Below are positions 20,119 through 29,762 of a DNA stretch of 64,000 bases, one piece after another. The first letter of the stretch is position 1. Each line of letters opens with the position of its first letter. This stretch comes from an uncultured Chloroflexia bacterium. GTDB lineage: Bacteria > Chloroflexota > UBA6077 > JACCZL01. Both the position numbers and the translations under genes were made by a program. The notes beneath the pieces were generated by a model. It had not been told where the DNA came from, did not search any database, and saw only the letters and a program-made list of their open reading frames with translations. The DNA lies in NCBI GenBank assembly GCA_963765765.1, contig CAVXYC010000027.1, positions 185,651-249,650 of the forward strand. The letters are read 5' to 3'.

Positions 20119-20157
20119 AAAAAGGGCATCCGTGCAACTGCACGGATGCCCTTTTTT
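20119..20157. terminator. Bidirectional intrinsic terminator
   Basis: AAAAAGGGCATCCGTGCA-ac-TGCACGGATGCCCTTTTTT between convergent genes. Confidence 0.8.
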
Positions 20158-20170
20158 GCTACTGGATGTA

Positions 20171-20255
20171 TTGGTGGTGTCGGGCAAAATGCCCGACAGT
20201 TTGCCGCCGAATAAAAGATGAGTCCGCTGTCGGGCAAGATGCCCGACACTACCAA
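20171..20255. repeat. REP/REPIN-like doublet
   Basis: Two TGTCGGGCA-nnn-TGCCCGACA hairpins (20178-20198, 20228-20248) with outer inverted flanks TTGGTGG / CTACCAA. Confidence 0.6.
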
Positions 20256-20265
20256 GCTCAACGCG

Positions 20266-21117
20266 CTACGTATGCTCCGCTATGAACGCACGCATTAAAT
20301 CGATTGCCCGCTCAGTCTCAGGTCCGCCCTTTCTACAAAAGTTGTGCGGCATGTCCTGAAACTGCTCCACGGTGGCCGAGCCGCCACGAGCAACGTAGCT
20401 GGCTGCGAACCTCAGCGTTAGCATCAGCGGGATATTGGTGTCCGCTGTTCCCTGGATGAGCAGGACGGGTGGCAGCTCGGCGGGATCGCCGCGATCCAGG
20501 ATCATGTGGGGATTGCCCTGACGCATCTCCTCTTGATCGTGGAAATAGCCTTCTGTGCGGGTGATCAGATCCTGGCGACCAGTTTCAATGGCGAAGAAAT
20601 AACGCGAGTACGGATCCATAATTGGCCAACCGCCGATCACGTATCGAAGTCGCGCATCGCTGGCCGCCCCAGCACTCACATGAGACGCGAAGCGTGAATC
20701 GCCCGGACGCATTGCGACAAGCATAGCCGTGTGCCCGCCGCTGGAGGAGCCGAATGCTCCGATGGACTCCGCATTGCAGCCAAGCTCGGTGGCATGTCCC
20801 TTGAGCCATCGCACAGCAAGATTCACGTCCTGGACCTGAGCCGGGTAGGGGTGATCAGGTGCAACTCGAAAGTCAGGAGACATGACAACCATGCCGCGCT
20901 GGGCGAGACCATGAGCAACGTTGCGGTCGCCGTGACGATCGCCCGTGGTCCAGGCGCCGCCGTGGACATCCACGATTCCGAGGGCGCGCTCTACACCAAT
21001 AGGACAGTAAATCGTGGCACTGTACGACGCGCCATCCAGCTCGAGATACACGACGTCCATGGTGGTGACGTCAAACCGCGCGGTCAATTCCTGCTCAGGC
21101 ATCGGTTGCAGCCCCAT
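20266..21117 (-). CDS. Alpha/beta hydrolase (HSL-like esterase)
   Basis: HGGAW oxyanion motif, GSSSG nucleophile elbow, GTAD and PH.F triad segments. Confidence 0.88.
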   Translation of the reverse strand: MGLQPMPEQELTARFDVTTMDVVYLELDGASYSATIYCPIGVERALGIVDVHGGAWTTGDRHGDRNVAHGLAQRGMVVMSPDFRVAPDHPYPAQVQDVNLAVRWLKGHATELGCNAESIGAFGSSSGGHTAMLVAMRPGDSRFASHVSAGAASDARLRYVIGGWPIMDPYSRYFFAIETGRQDLITRTEGYFHDQEEMRQGNPHMILDRGDPAELPPVLLIQGTADTNIPLMLTLRFAASYVARGGSATVEQFQDMPHNFCRKGGPETERAIDLMRAFIAEHT

Positions 21118-21180
21118 TCAACATGATTGGAGCGAGTGTAACGCACGTGCGCGAAGGGTCCTGAACCGTGTCAGGTGGGC

Positions 21181-21210
21181 TTGACGCGGAATCGCCGGGT
21201 TCCTTAGACT
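21181..21210 (+). promoter_or_regulatory. Possible sigma70-type promoter for the riboswitch leader
   Basis: TTGACG-18 nt-TAGACT upstream of the riboswitch. Confidence 0.3.
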
Positions 21211-21267
21211 GGCCCCGTCGTTCATGGACTGAGCGAACGTTTTGCAATCAGGGGCGATCCTACTTCC

Positions 21268-21431
21268 ATATTGCCGAATCTCCCGTACGCGGGAGAGCGG
21301 GGGAACCATTTTCCTGGGGTGAATCGCGAGGAGGCCCTCTGAGGTCCATCGCGGCGGGCTAATCTCTCTGTCCGAACCCGTCAGCTAACTCCGCAGGCAC
21401 ACACGTCATAGACGTGCAATTGAGAGAGGGG
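21268..21431 (+). ncRNA. c-di-AMP riboswitch (ydaO/yuaA)
   Basis: Consensus blocks GCCGAATC...GGGGGAACC..TTTT..GGGGTGAATC...CCGAACCCGTCAGCTAACTCCGCAGGC, with downstream GAGAG able to pair with CTCTC. Confidence 0.88.
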
Positions 21432-21453
21432 TAGCGTCGGTCGACACGAGTTG

Positions 21454-21479
21454 ACCAGAGGCGTGTCCTCTGGTTTTTT
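21454..21479 (+). terminator. Riboswitch expression-platform terminator
   Basis: ACCAGAGG-cgtgt-CCTCTGGT-TTTTT between the aptamer and the CDS. Confidence 0.75.
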
Positions 21480-21553
21480 CATGTCATTTGTTGCGCAGGC
21501 AACGTCAATTCGGAGCATGAAACGATTACACGGCTAGCCCGCGGCCGCGAGGT

Positions 21554-22660
21554 ATGGATTCGATGAAGTCGCTGTTCATCCTACGTCCTCTCGTCCTCAG
21601 CACTGTGGCAATGCTGCTGGTCATCTCCACACCGCGCATTGGACTTGGTGCTGACGAGTTTCAGGCAGGTTCGTCGGCGGTTGTAAGTGGTACAGAGGGA
21701 AGCGGACTCAGGGTGCGCTCCGGCCCAGGTACCACGAGCAATGTCCTCACCACATTGAAAGACGGTGAAAAGGTTGAGATCACGGGCTCTCCGATGGAGA
21801 GCAACGGCTTGACCTGGTATCCGGTTAAGTCGGGACGCGTGTCAGGGTGGTCGAACTCGCAATTCCTGACTGTGCTGAAAAGCGGCGACTCACAGGATGT
21901 GACCGCTTCCACCCGCTCCGACGCCACCTCCGAGCTCAGTGCATCCGATGCCAAGGATGGCCCAGAGCTGCGCATGGTCCAGATCCTCAATGAGACCCGC
22001 GTGGCTCGAGGCCTGAATCCGCTGGCGTGGAACGCGGAGCTAGCAAAAGCATCCAACGCTCACGCGGCGGACATGGCCAAGCGCGGGTATATGGAGCACA
22101 CAAATCCGGAAGGCTTGGACCCACGCGACCGCGCCACAAAAGCAGGATACATCGTCCCACCGCGCACTCCATGGCTTGTCATCGAGACGATCTCTGCACG
22201 GCCAACCGTTGAAGCCGCGATGGGGTGGCTCCTCGGCCACCAGCCCCATGCTGCGGTTCTTCTCAAACCAGTCTGGCGGGAAGTCGGAGCGGCGTATGTC
22301 AAGGGCGGCCCCTATGGGCAGTTCTGGGTCATGAACTTCGGCTGTCGGCCCAATGTCCTTCCAGCATTTGCTTCTACTGGCAAGGTCGACCTGACGGTGG
22401 ACATCACGCTCACCAATGAGCTGTGTACGCCTGGCGGCCAGGGGAACTACATGGGCAAGGCCGTGGACGTGCAGATCTCACAAAACGAGGACTTCGCCGG
22501 CGCGGACTGGGAGCCCTTCGCCTCACAAAAGACGGTGAAGAATCCCGCTACGCGCATGTACGTCAAGCTTCGCGACGCTCAAGGTCGGACGACGCAGAAC
22601 GATCTGAGCGTTTCGGGCATCGTCACGGCAGCCGGCGACTCGACTCCCATCAAGCCCTAA
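21554..22660 (+). CDS. Secreted SH3b + CAP (SCP) domain protein
   Basis: Signal peptide; GLRVRSGPGT...WYPV..GW (SH3b); N..R...GL.PL.WN.EL..A...HA.DMA.RGY.EH and W..VG.....G..W...FG (CAP). Confidence 0.85.
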   Translation: MDSMKSLFILRPLVLSTVAMLLVISTPRIGLGADEFQAGSSAVVSGTEGSGLRVRSGPGTTSNVLTTLKDGEKVEITGSPMESNGLTWYPVKSGRVSGWSNSQFLTVLKSGDSQDVTASTRSDATSELSASDAKDGPELRMVQILNETRVARGLNPLAWNAELAKASNAHAADMAKRGYMEHTNPEGLDPRDRATKAGYIVPPRTPWLVIETISARPTVEAAMGWLLGHQPHAAVLLKPVWREVGAAYVKGGPYGQFWVMNFGCRPNVLPAFASTGKVDLTVDITLTNELCTPGGQGNYMGKAVDVQISQNEDFAGADWEPFASQKTVKNPATRMYVKLRDAQGRTTQNDLSVSGIVTAAGDSTPIKP

Positions 22661-23091
22661 CAGCCGAGCGACGTTGCCGAAGCGGCCCGTCACGGCGAGG
22701 CGTTAGGTCGTTACGCGCCGCGCTGCAGAAGCGACGGCGCCCACTTTCCGTGCTGCGTCGGACGTTGGTCCCGAAAGTGACGAAGATTGGCCGCGCCGAT
22801 AATGGCGGCAGAACGCAAAGAGCTCGTCATCGTTACAGAGATATTTCTGCGTGGATGGATCGAGTGGAAGGTCCGACTCAGGTGACGGACGAGCGCCGCA
22901 TCCGAATGGCTCCTCGTCGATCGTGCTGAGACCGACGCGTATCAAGGTGACGCAGATACGGACACGGCATTCCAGGAGCGAGTATGCGGGTCCGCGTATC
23001 ACAATCATATTTCGAGCCGATGAGCTGGTATCACGAAGCCATCACGGCTCCCGGTTGGGGAGCGATTCCTGGGGTAGCCACGATCTGTTCG

Positions 23092-24633
23092 CTATACATT
23101 GCTACGTTTACGCAGTACACCGATCAGGAGTCGTGATTCACTGACCCTGAGCAAGACCGTAAGGCCGACGTACACCACCAGGCCGAGCCCGCCTAGAAGC
23201 GCGAGTACGAACGATGGTGATGCTGAAATGGAAGCAACCGGTTCGAGTGCAACCGTCTGCACAATAGCCATTGCTATGCCGGCCACTGAGAGACGAGCCA
23301 TGAATCCGAGGCTGTCGGCGGTAATTACTTTTCCAATCGTACGATGAATGAGCGCCAGCAAAATGAGGCCGTGCGCACCGTTCTGGACGGCGTTCGCCAA
23401 TGCCAGTCCCACGACCCCTAGCGGCTGGAGAAGTGCAAGCGCCGTGGCAAGGTAGAGGGTTACTGTCAGGACGCCCACGATGACCGGTGTCCGAGTATCT
23501 TTGCGCGAATAAAACGCCACAATCAGCAGCTGGTCCATCGCCGTCAGCGGAAGCTGGGGCGCGTACGCGAGTAATACGAGCGCCGTTCGGCTCGTATCAC
23601 CGGCGGTGAACTGCCCGCGCTGGAAGACGAGCTCCACCAGCGGATCACGAAGCATCATCATGGCAACCATGGCGGGCACCATCAGAAAGAAGACCAATCG
23701 GATTCCCGAGATAAGTGACGTCCGATAGTCTCCCAGGCTGTTCTCGCCGCCCTCAACCTGCGCGCTTGCGAATCCAGCGAGCGTCGGCAGAATTGCCGAC
23801 GAGATAGCCACCCCGATAAGCCCAAGTGGAAATTGGATCAGCCTTGTGGCGTAGCCCATGATCGTCATACTCCCGTCCACGAGCAGCGACGCGAGATATC
23901 GATCGATCACAATTCCAACGATAGTGACAACCATTCCGGCTGCGACGGGCGCGTAGAGCCGCAATGCCGTTCGCACTTCCGGTCGATCCAGCCCGAAGGT
24001 GACTCTGAATCGGAGACGTCGAAGGCTCGCCAACTGCAACGCAAGCTGCAGTGCCGCCCCCAGAACGACACCTACCACCAGTGATTCGACGCCAAGCATA
24101 GGGTGCAGCGCAAGCGCCGCGAGAATGATGGCCCCGTTGTAGAGCGCTGGGGCGAAGGACGGCGCGGCGAAGCGCTGCTGGGCGAACAGGGTCGCCATGA
24201 GCACCCCAGCGAGGCCCTGGAAGACGACCGCCACCAACATGACCCTAACCATGGAGACGGACTGCTCACGCTGCTGTGGATCGAACCCATTGCCAAGGAT
24301 GCCCATGATCTGCGGCGCAAACAGCATGAGCACGCCAGTAACAATCCCGAGCATCACCGCCGCTAGCGTCAACAGTGCGCTCACTGTCTCGCCCAGGCGC
24401 TCCTCATCACGCCTTTGGTCCACGAGCACGGGCACTAAGGCGGCGCTGATGGCTCCGCCAATGAGCAGGTCGTAAACGATCATAGGCACGGCAGACGCAG
24501 CGACGAATGCATCCGTGGCGCCGGTGGCTCCAAAGAGCCAGGCCATGACCAGCTCGCGGAACAATCCGAGCAGCCGGCTCACAACGTTGCCAACCATGAT
24601 GAGCAGCGCAGCCAGCGCAACGTGGCGAAGCAT
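23092..24633 (-). CDS. murJ: Lipid II flippase MurJ (MviN)
   Basis: SRLLGLFRE, GAISAALVP, RLIQFPLG, LFQRG.F-like, FYSRKDTRTP; multi-TM. Start taken at ATG 24633. Confidence 0.9.
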   Translation of the reverse strand: MLRHVALAALLIMVGNVVSRLLGLFRELVMAWLFGATGATDAFVAASAVPMIVYDLLIGGAISAALVPVLVDQRRDEERLGETVSALLTLAAVMLGIVTGVLMLFAPQIMGILGNGFDPQQREQSVSMVRVMLVAVVFQGLAGVLMATLFAQQRFAAPSFAPALYNGAIILAALALHPMLGVESLVVGVVLGAALQLALQLASLRRLRFRVTFGLDRPEVRTALRLYAPVAAGMVVTIVGIVIDRYLASLLVDGSMTIMGYATRLIQFPLGLIGVAISSAILPTLAGFASAQVEGGENSLGDYRTSLISGIRLVFFLMVPAMVAMMMLRDPLVELVFQRGQFTAGDTSRTALVLLAYAPQLPLTAMDQLLIVAFYSRKDTRTPVIVGVLTVTLYLATALALLQPLGVVGLALANAVQNGAHGLILLALIHRTIGKVITADSLGFMARLSVAGIAMAIVQTVALEPVASISASPSFVLALLGGLGLVVYVGLTVLLRVSESRLLIGVLRKRSNV

Positions 24634-24768
24634 CAGGGCTTTATGGCCGCAAAAATTGACCGAGGTCCCCAAAGGGTTCCGGTGCGATGGACGTCCTCTG
24701 CCGCCGAAGCCGTCCACCCCACCGGAGAAGCCCCGCCGGCGCTGACAAAACAACGGTGCTTGAAATGC

Positions 24769-26334
24769 TCATCGCTCCAGCCGATACACCTGGTAGTCGC
24801 TACCCCGGCCTGTCGCGACACGCCCGCGACCCTCCAACGGAGTGGCGGTCAGTCGACGTTCCACTTGTTCCAGATCACGACCGTTGAGCACCGCCAGCAC
24901 GCTGGGCGCGGTTTGCAGCGCATCCTCCAGGCGACGCGGAGCTATCCGCTCAGCGCGGAACGGCACCTCGTCCATGGCCAGTAAATAACGGAAGCCTCGA
25001 ATCTCAGTCACACCAGTTCCGGGCAGCTCGGTGCCCATATCCTCGTCCACAATGACGAGCTCACCAGGTCGACGGGCTCCCGCGATAGCGCCCTCCAGGC
25101 GCAGGATTCGCTCATTGGTGTCGCCAGTGCGAAGCAGGCGATCGTAGTAGCGCTGCAGCGAGGAGAAGGAGGGCACGAGAATGGCAACAAGGGCAAGAGT
25201 CATCACGACTCGCTGTAACGGCACTGATCGCACCCCAAATCGATGCGCGAGAGCATCGATTGTGACCGCAATACCTATCGCGATCAGTGGGTACAGCGGC
25301 ATTAGATAGCGAATCGTCACCAACGTTCGAAACTTTGAGTTCACAAGCGGAAGAAGTACAAGAAACGTCACCACTGCCAGCAGCGGCAATGGCTGGCCAC
25401 GGCGCCAGAGCAGCAACAGTCCGGCGATTGCCAATATCCCGCCGACGACTACGCCGGGATCAACGAGGTAGCTGAACACGTCCGGCCGTTGATCCACGGC
25501 TCCGCCGACTAGGCGGGCAAGCAAGAGCAGCATCGAGCCGACTGTTCGCCAACCTGAATCGGCGTCGTCCGCCAGAGCGTACTCATTGCTGATACGTTGG
25601 GCACTACTGAGCGAGTCGAAGTTGCTTGCCAGGTTGTAGGCAATCATGTTGCCGTATCCAAGCAGGAAGGCCCCGAAAGCAAGCGCCATCCACGAAACAG
25701 ACAGCGTGCTCCGCCCTCGCCACAGTGTGAAGGCAGCGACGGCCGGTGCAAGCGCGATCACCGCGGGGTGAGTTTGGAGCGCCAGACCGAATGCGAGCCC
25801 AGCTCCGACGAGCGCGGGACCGCTTCCGCGCATTTGTGCACGAACTAGTAGCCAGAAGGTCAATGTCGTGAACAGTGGAGTGATGCAATTGCTCCAGGCG
25901 ATGTGACTGTTCACGGCGATGTGGGCGCTGCTTCCTGCTATGAGCAATGCTGCCACGGCCCCAACCATCCGATTGCCAAGCTCTCGACCGAGCAGGAAGG
26001 TGGGTAAAACGGTGAGCGCACCAAGTGCCATGACGATCCATCTCGGAAGAAGCGGGTCGGTGCCCAACACGGCCATCGGTATGGCAATCAGGTAGTTGAA
26101 CAGCGCGCCGTAGTAAGTGTCGTAGTTCGTCAGCGGCAGAATCTCACCTCGGGCAATCGCCGCGCTGTGTAAGACCTCCAGCGTCTCGTCAGTGAAGCGA
26201 GGCAGCAACGTCACAAACGGCCAGCGAAGGGCGAATGCCGGCGCCAGAATAAGCACGGGGATGAGCCACAGGCCGGACGAGCGACGTGCGTTCGGAGTCA
26301 CAGCGGCCGGTTTGCCCGCATGGCTGGCGACCAA
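24769..26334 (-). CDS. GT-C glycosyltransferase (family 39 / ArnT-like) membrane protein
   Basis: Multi-TM; TDE acidic motif after TM1, GLALQTHP and RYLMP motifs. Confidence 0.75.
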   Translation of the reverse strand: MVASHAGKPAAVTPNARRSSGLWLIPVLILAPAFALRWPFVTLLPRFTDETLEVLHSAAIARGEILPLTNYDTYYGALFNYLIAIPMAVLGTDPLLPRWIVMALGALTVLPTFLLGRELGNRMVGAVAALLIAGSSAHIAVNSHIAWSNCITPLFTTLTFWLLVRAQMRGSGPALVGAGLAFGLALQTHPAVIALAPAVAAFTLWRGRSTLSVSWMALAFGAFLLGYGNMIAYNLASNFDSLSSAQRISNEYALADDADSGWRTVGSMLLLLARLVGGAVDQRPDVFSYLVDPGVVVGGILAIAGLLLLWRRGQPLPLLAVVTFLVLLPLVNSKFRTLVTIRYLMPLYPLIAIGIAVTIDALAHRFGVRSVPLQRVVMTLALVAILVPSFSSLQRYYDRLLRTGDTNERILRLEGAIAGARRPGELVIVDEDMGTELPGTGVTEIRGFRYLLAMDEVPFRAERIAPRRLEDALQTAPSVLAVLNGRDLEQVERRLTATPLEGRGRVATGRGSDYQVYRLER

Positions 26335-26501
26335 CGTTCGCCTACCCCGCGATCTCGGACTTGGTTAGAACCATGCGTGTGGCATTCAACACGATTCCGT
26401 CCTCAGCCATAGCGGCTCCGTGCCCTGCGCTAAACATGTCTGCAAACGGCAAGTTTACCCGAGGAAGCCTGCGATGCTCTCCGAGAGTGGGGTCGACCCG
26501 C

Positions 26502-26604
26502 CCTGGGACCGCGGCCGTCGAGGCCGCATCCCCCATCGGCGAACGATTAGGCCAGGTGGCTGCCTCGACGGCCAGGGGATGGCCGGGACGGCCGCGGTCC
26601 CAGG
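26502..26604. repeat. REP-like miniature inverted-repeat element
   Basis: Perfect 18-bp IR CCTGGGACCGCGGCCGTC / GACGGCCGCGGTCCCAGG. Confidence 0.65.
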
Positions 26605-26686
26605 AAGAACCCACCTTGCGGGGCATGACCATCCGGGGCATCATCTCTGAACTCACGTCATTACGCCGAGGAGCTTAGCCATCGTC

Positions 26687-27880
26687 ATGTCAGGAGCGGC
26701 TGAACCTTCCGTTCGCATTGAAGCCATTCGCGAGATCGTGGCGCCCATGCGCGGCGAGATTCGAAACGCCTATATCGATTTCACAAAGATGACCGCGACG
26801 GTTGTCGCGGTGGTCACTAACGTGACACGCAACGGTCGTCGAGTAATCGGATACGGCTTCAATTCCAATGGGCGCTATGCGGCAAACGGCATCCTGCGTG
26901 ATCGGATGATCCCGCGCATCATGGAAGCTGGCGCGCGAGAGCTGGTCAATGACGATGGATCCAATCTCGATCCGCACCGCATCTGGCAGCTCATGATGGC
27001 AAACGAAAAGCCCGGCGGACATGGGGAGCGGTCAGTCGCGGTTGGCACCGTGGACATGGCGCTCTGGGACGCAGTGGCAAAGATCGAGGACAAGCCGCTT
27101 TATCAGGTGCTCGCGGAACGGTATCGCAATAGCCAGGTCGATGAGAAAGTGTGGGTCTACGCCGCTGGGGGTTATTACTCGCCCGGAAAAGGCCTATCGG
27201 CGCTGCAGGACGAGCTTCGCGGCTACATAGACCTGGGCTATCGCACGGTCAAAATGAAGATCGGCGGCGCCAGGTTGGATGAAGACATCCGGCGGATCGA
27301 AGCAGCACTCGAGGTCGTCGATGGCGACGGGCAGCGTCTATGTGTTGACGCCAATGGTCGGTTTGACGAGTCCGAGGCAATCGCTTATGGGGAGGCTCTG
27401 GCTCCATACAATCTGCGCTGGTACGAAGAGGCCGGCGATCCGCTCGACTATGAGCTCCAGGCGAAAGTAGCAGCGGTCTACGATCCGCCGATGGCCACGG
27501 GAGAGAACCTTTTCTCTCACCAGGATGCTAGAAATCTTCTGCGCTACGGTGGGATGCGGCCGGAGAAAGATATCCTCCAGTTCGACTGCGCGCTCAGCTA
27601 TGGACTGGTGGAATATCTGCGTACGCTGGACGTACTCGCGGAGCACGGCTGGTCATGGCGCCAGGTTGTGCCGCACGGCGGACATCAGATGTCACTCAAC
27701 ATCGCCGCGGGACTGGGTCTTGGGGGCAATGAGTCCTATCCGGGGGTTTTCCAGCCGTTCGGCGGATTCGCCGACTCCATCCCGATCGAGGACGGCTACT
27801 CGCGACTCCCTGATGCCCCGGGAGTCGGATTCGAGCTCAAACACGAGCTCATTTCCTTGATGAGAACCGTCGCAGAATAG
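26687..27880 (+). CDS. Mandelate racemase/enolase superfamily, D-tartrate dehydratase-like
   Basis: IRNAYIDFTKMT, GYGFNSNGRY, NEKPGGHGERSVAVG, KMKIG, DAN, EE, TGENLF and PHGGH match the TarD subgroup. Confidence 0.85.
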   Translation: MSGAAEPSVRIEAIREIVAPMRGEIRNAYIDFTKMTATVVAVVTNVTRNGRRVIGYGFNSNGRYAANGILRDRMIPRIMEAGARELVNDDGSNLDPHRIWQLMMANEKPGGHGERSVAVGTVDMALWDAVAKIEDKPLYQVLAERYRNSQVDEKVWVYAAGGYYSPGKGLSALQDELRGYIDLGYRTVKMKIGGARLDEDIRRIEAALEVVDGDGQRLCVDANGRFDESEAIAYGEALAPYNLRWYEEAGDPLDYELQAKVAAVYDPPMATGENLFSHQDARNLLRYGGMRPEKDILQFDCALSYGLVEYLRTLDVLAEHGWSWRQVVPHGGHQMSLNIAAGLGLGGNESYPGVFQPFGGFADSIPIEDGYSRLPDAPGVGFELKHELISLMRTVAE

Positions 27881-27950
27881 CGATCCACGATCCGTAGGGC
27901 GGTCTGGTCCGCTGACGGGCGCCTACGGAGACACGCCCCAGGTGGCAACC

Positions 27951-28295
27951 CTAACGAACCGATGCTCGCTTTGCAGGCTTGATGACTTCTGTGCGCTCCG
28001 GCGCAACGCGCCTCGGCTCACTCCGCCCAACTTTCCAGCTCGGCACGATACCGCGATCGAGCGGGACGTACACCACGAGCACGCCGCTGTCGTGACTTGC
28101 CCGGATGCCGCGAGCGATGGCCGGTCGCGGCAGGCGGACAGATTCCACGTGGCCGTCCGTCGCGATGAGCAGCGTGTCGCCCTGCGCCATGACCTTGATC
28201 CCCGAAGCGTTCCGATCGTCCAACGGCATACGTACGAGCACACCACGAGAGGTATCGAGAACTCGGATCGCGTGGCCATCACAACTGGTCTGCAT
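27951..28295 (-). CDS. Hsp20/alpha-crystallin-like small protein
   Basis: Beta-rich; V.LP....A....GVL.V.VP motif. Confidence 0.45.
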   Translation of the reverse strand: MQTSCDGHAIRVLDTSRGVLVRMPLDDRNASGIKVMAQGDTLLIATDGHVESVRLPRPAIARGIRASHDSGVLVVYVPLDRGIVPSWKVGRSEPRRVAPERTEVIKPAKRASVR

Positions 28296-28452
28296 GGTGA
28301 ACCTCGACCAGAATTGCGGAGCCCGGAACGGAGCCCTGCACTTCTACTAAAAGCAAAAGCCATGCCGGGCGTCCCAGACGGCTGCGCGTACCCGTCTTCT
28401 CGGCCTGATTCACCGGCTATACTGGGCGTCGAAGCGAGGCGAGGGAGTGTGG

Positions 28453-28548
28453 ATGGGTCGGCTTCTTCCGACGACCCTGGTGCGGAGCTACCCGCAATCT
28501 GACTGGCTGGTCGCCCGAATGGTCCGCTCCGAGCTAGCGGGCCCATAG
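28453..28548 (+). pseudogene. 31-aa ORF resembling the N-terminus of the downstream MetE-like gene
   Basis: MGRLLPTTLVRSYPQSDWLVARMVRSELAGP* versus MTLLETTVVGSYPQPDWLVDRE; own RBS GAGGGAG. Confidence 0.6.
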
Positions 28549-28567
28549 GCACACCTCGGAGGCATCT

Positions 28568-29596
28568 GTGACATTACTCGAAACGACCGTTGTGGGCAGC
28601 TATCCCCAGCCAGATTGGCTTGTGGATCGCGAAAATCTCGGCGGTCGGCTACCACCACGCGTGCGAGCTCGAGAGATTTGGCGAGTTCCCGAGCCCTTTC
28701 TCGAGCAAGCCCAGGATGATGCTACGCTGGTGGCGATCCGAGCCATGGAGCGAGCTGGAATCGACGTTATCTCCGACGGCGAGATCCGGCGAGAGAGCTA
28801 CTCCAATCGGCTGGCGAACGCGCTGGAAGGACTCGATCCGGAGAATCCAGGTACGGCGCTAGACCGCACGGGACATCCTAATCCCGTCCCCCGGGTCGTC
28901 GGGCCAATCCGTCGCGGACGCCCGATCGAGGTGCGGGATCTCGAGTTCCTGCGAGCCAACACTGACCGCAAGGTCAAAATCACGTTGCCGGGTCCATTCA
29001 CCGTCACGCAGCAGGCGCAGAATGATTACTACCCCGACGTCGAAGCCTGGGCCATGGACGTAGCGGCAGCGATCAATGAGGAAATCAAGGACCTCTTTGC
29101 CGCCGGCGCTGACGTCGTGCAAATCGACGAGCCGTACCTTCAGGCCCGACCCGAGCAAGCTCGGGCCTATGCATTGAAAGCGATCAATCGAGCGCTCCAA
29201 GGGGTCCAGGGCACCACAGCGCTGCATAGCTGCTTCGGCTACGCGCACATCGTGCACAACCGCATGCAAGCCTACCCATTCCTGGCTGAGCTCAACGACT
29301 CGGCCCTGGATCAGATCTCGATTGAGGCGGCGCAGCCAAGGCTCGATCTCTCAGTTTTGCGCGCAGTATCGGACAAGATCATCATATTGGGCGTCCTTGA
29401 CCTGGGCGATCCGACGATCGAACCACCGGAGATCGTAGCCAACCGCATTCGCGCCGCACTGGAGTACGTGCCCCCTGAGAGGCTCGTGCTTGCGCCGGAC
29501 TGCGGTATGAAATACTTGCCGCGCAACGTAGCGGACGGGAAATTGAGCGCCATGGTGAGCGCGGCCAGAACGGTCCGGAAAGAACTGGGGGGCTGA
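28568..29596 (+). CDS. Cobalamin-independent methionine synthase II family (core MetE-like) protein
   Basis: VGSYP, DGE.RRE, QIDEP, Zn ligands HSC and PDCG. Confidence 0.88.
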   Translation: MTLLETTVVGSYPQPDWLVDRENLGGRLPPRVRAREIWRVPEPFLEQAQDDATLVAIRAMERAGIDVISDGEIRRESYSNRLANALEGLDPENPGTALDRTGHPNPVPRVVGPIRRGRPIEVRDLEFLRANTDRKVKITLPGPFTVTQQAQNDYYPDVEAWAMDVAAAINEEIKDLFAAGADVVQIDEPYLQARPEQARAYALKAINRALQGVQGTTALHSCFGYAHIVHNRMQAYPFLAELNDSALDQISIEAAQPRLDLSVLRAVSDKIIILGVLDLGDPTIEPPEIVANRIRAALEYVPPERLVLAPDCGMKYLPRNVADGKLSAMVSAARTVRKELGG

Positions 29597-29619
29597 TGCG
29601 CTATCTGACAAAGCGCAAT

Positions 29620-29720
29620 AAGCTCCCTCGCCCTCTGGGAGATGGCTGGGATGAGGGTAGGCTGACGTCCGCCACCGCGAGCCCCTCACCCCGAACCTCT
29701 CCCAAAGGGCGAGGGAGCTT
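29620..29720. repeat. REP-like inverted repeat (CCCTCACCCC..CCTCTCCC type)
   Basis: AAGCTCCCTCGCCCTCTGGGAGA ... TCTCCCAAAGGGCGAGGGAGCTT. Confidence 0.65.
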
Positions 29721-29762
29721 CGGGGACACCTGGACTGCCAGAGCAATCGCGGAGCACCATCG

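Noticed and set aside
22703-23008. 101-aa minus-strand ORF after murJ
   Set aside because: No recognisable domain or clear RBS; cannot be supported as a gene from sequence alone.
26342-26656. 104-aa minus-strand ORF
   Set aside because: It runs through a REP-like palindrome in a divergent promoter region and is probably spurious.
27923-28552. Long overlapping ORFs of 209 and 186 aa
   Set aside because: Low-information translations overlapping the Hsp20-like gene; typical high-GC shadow frames.
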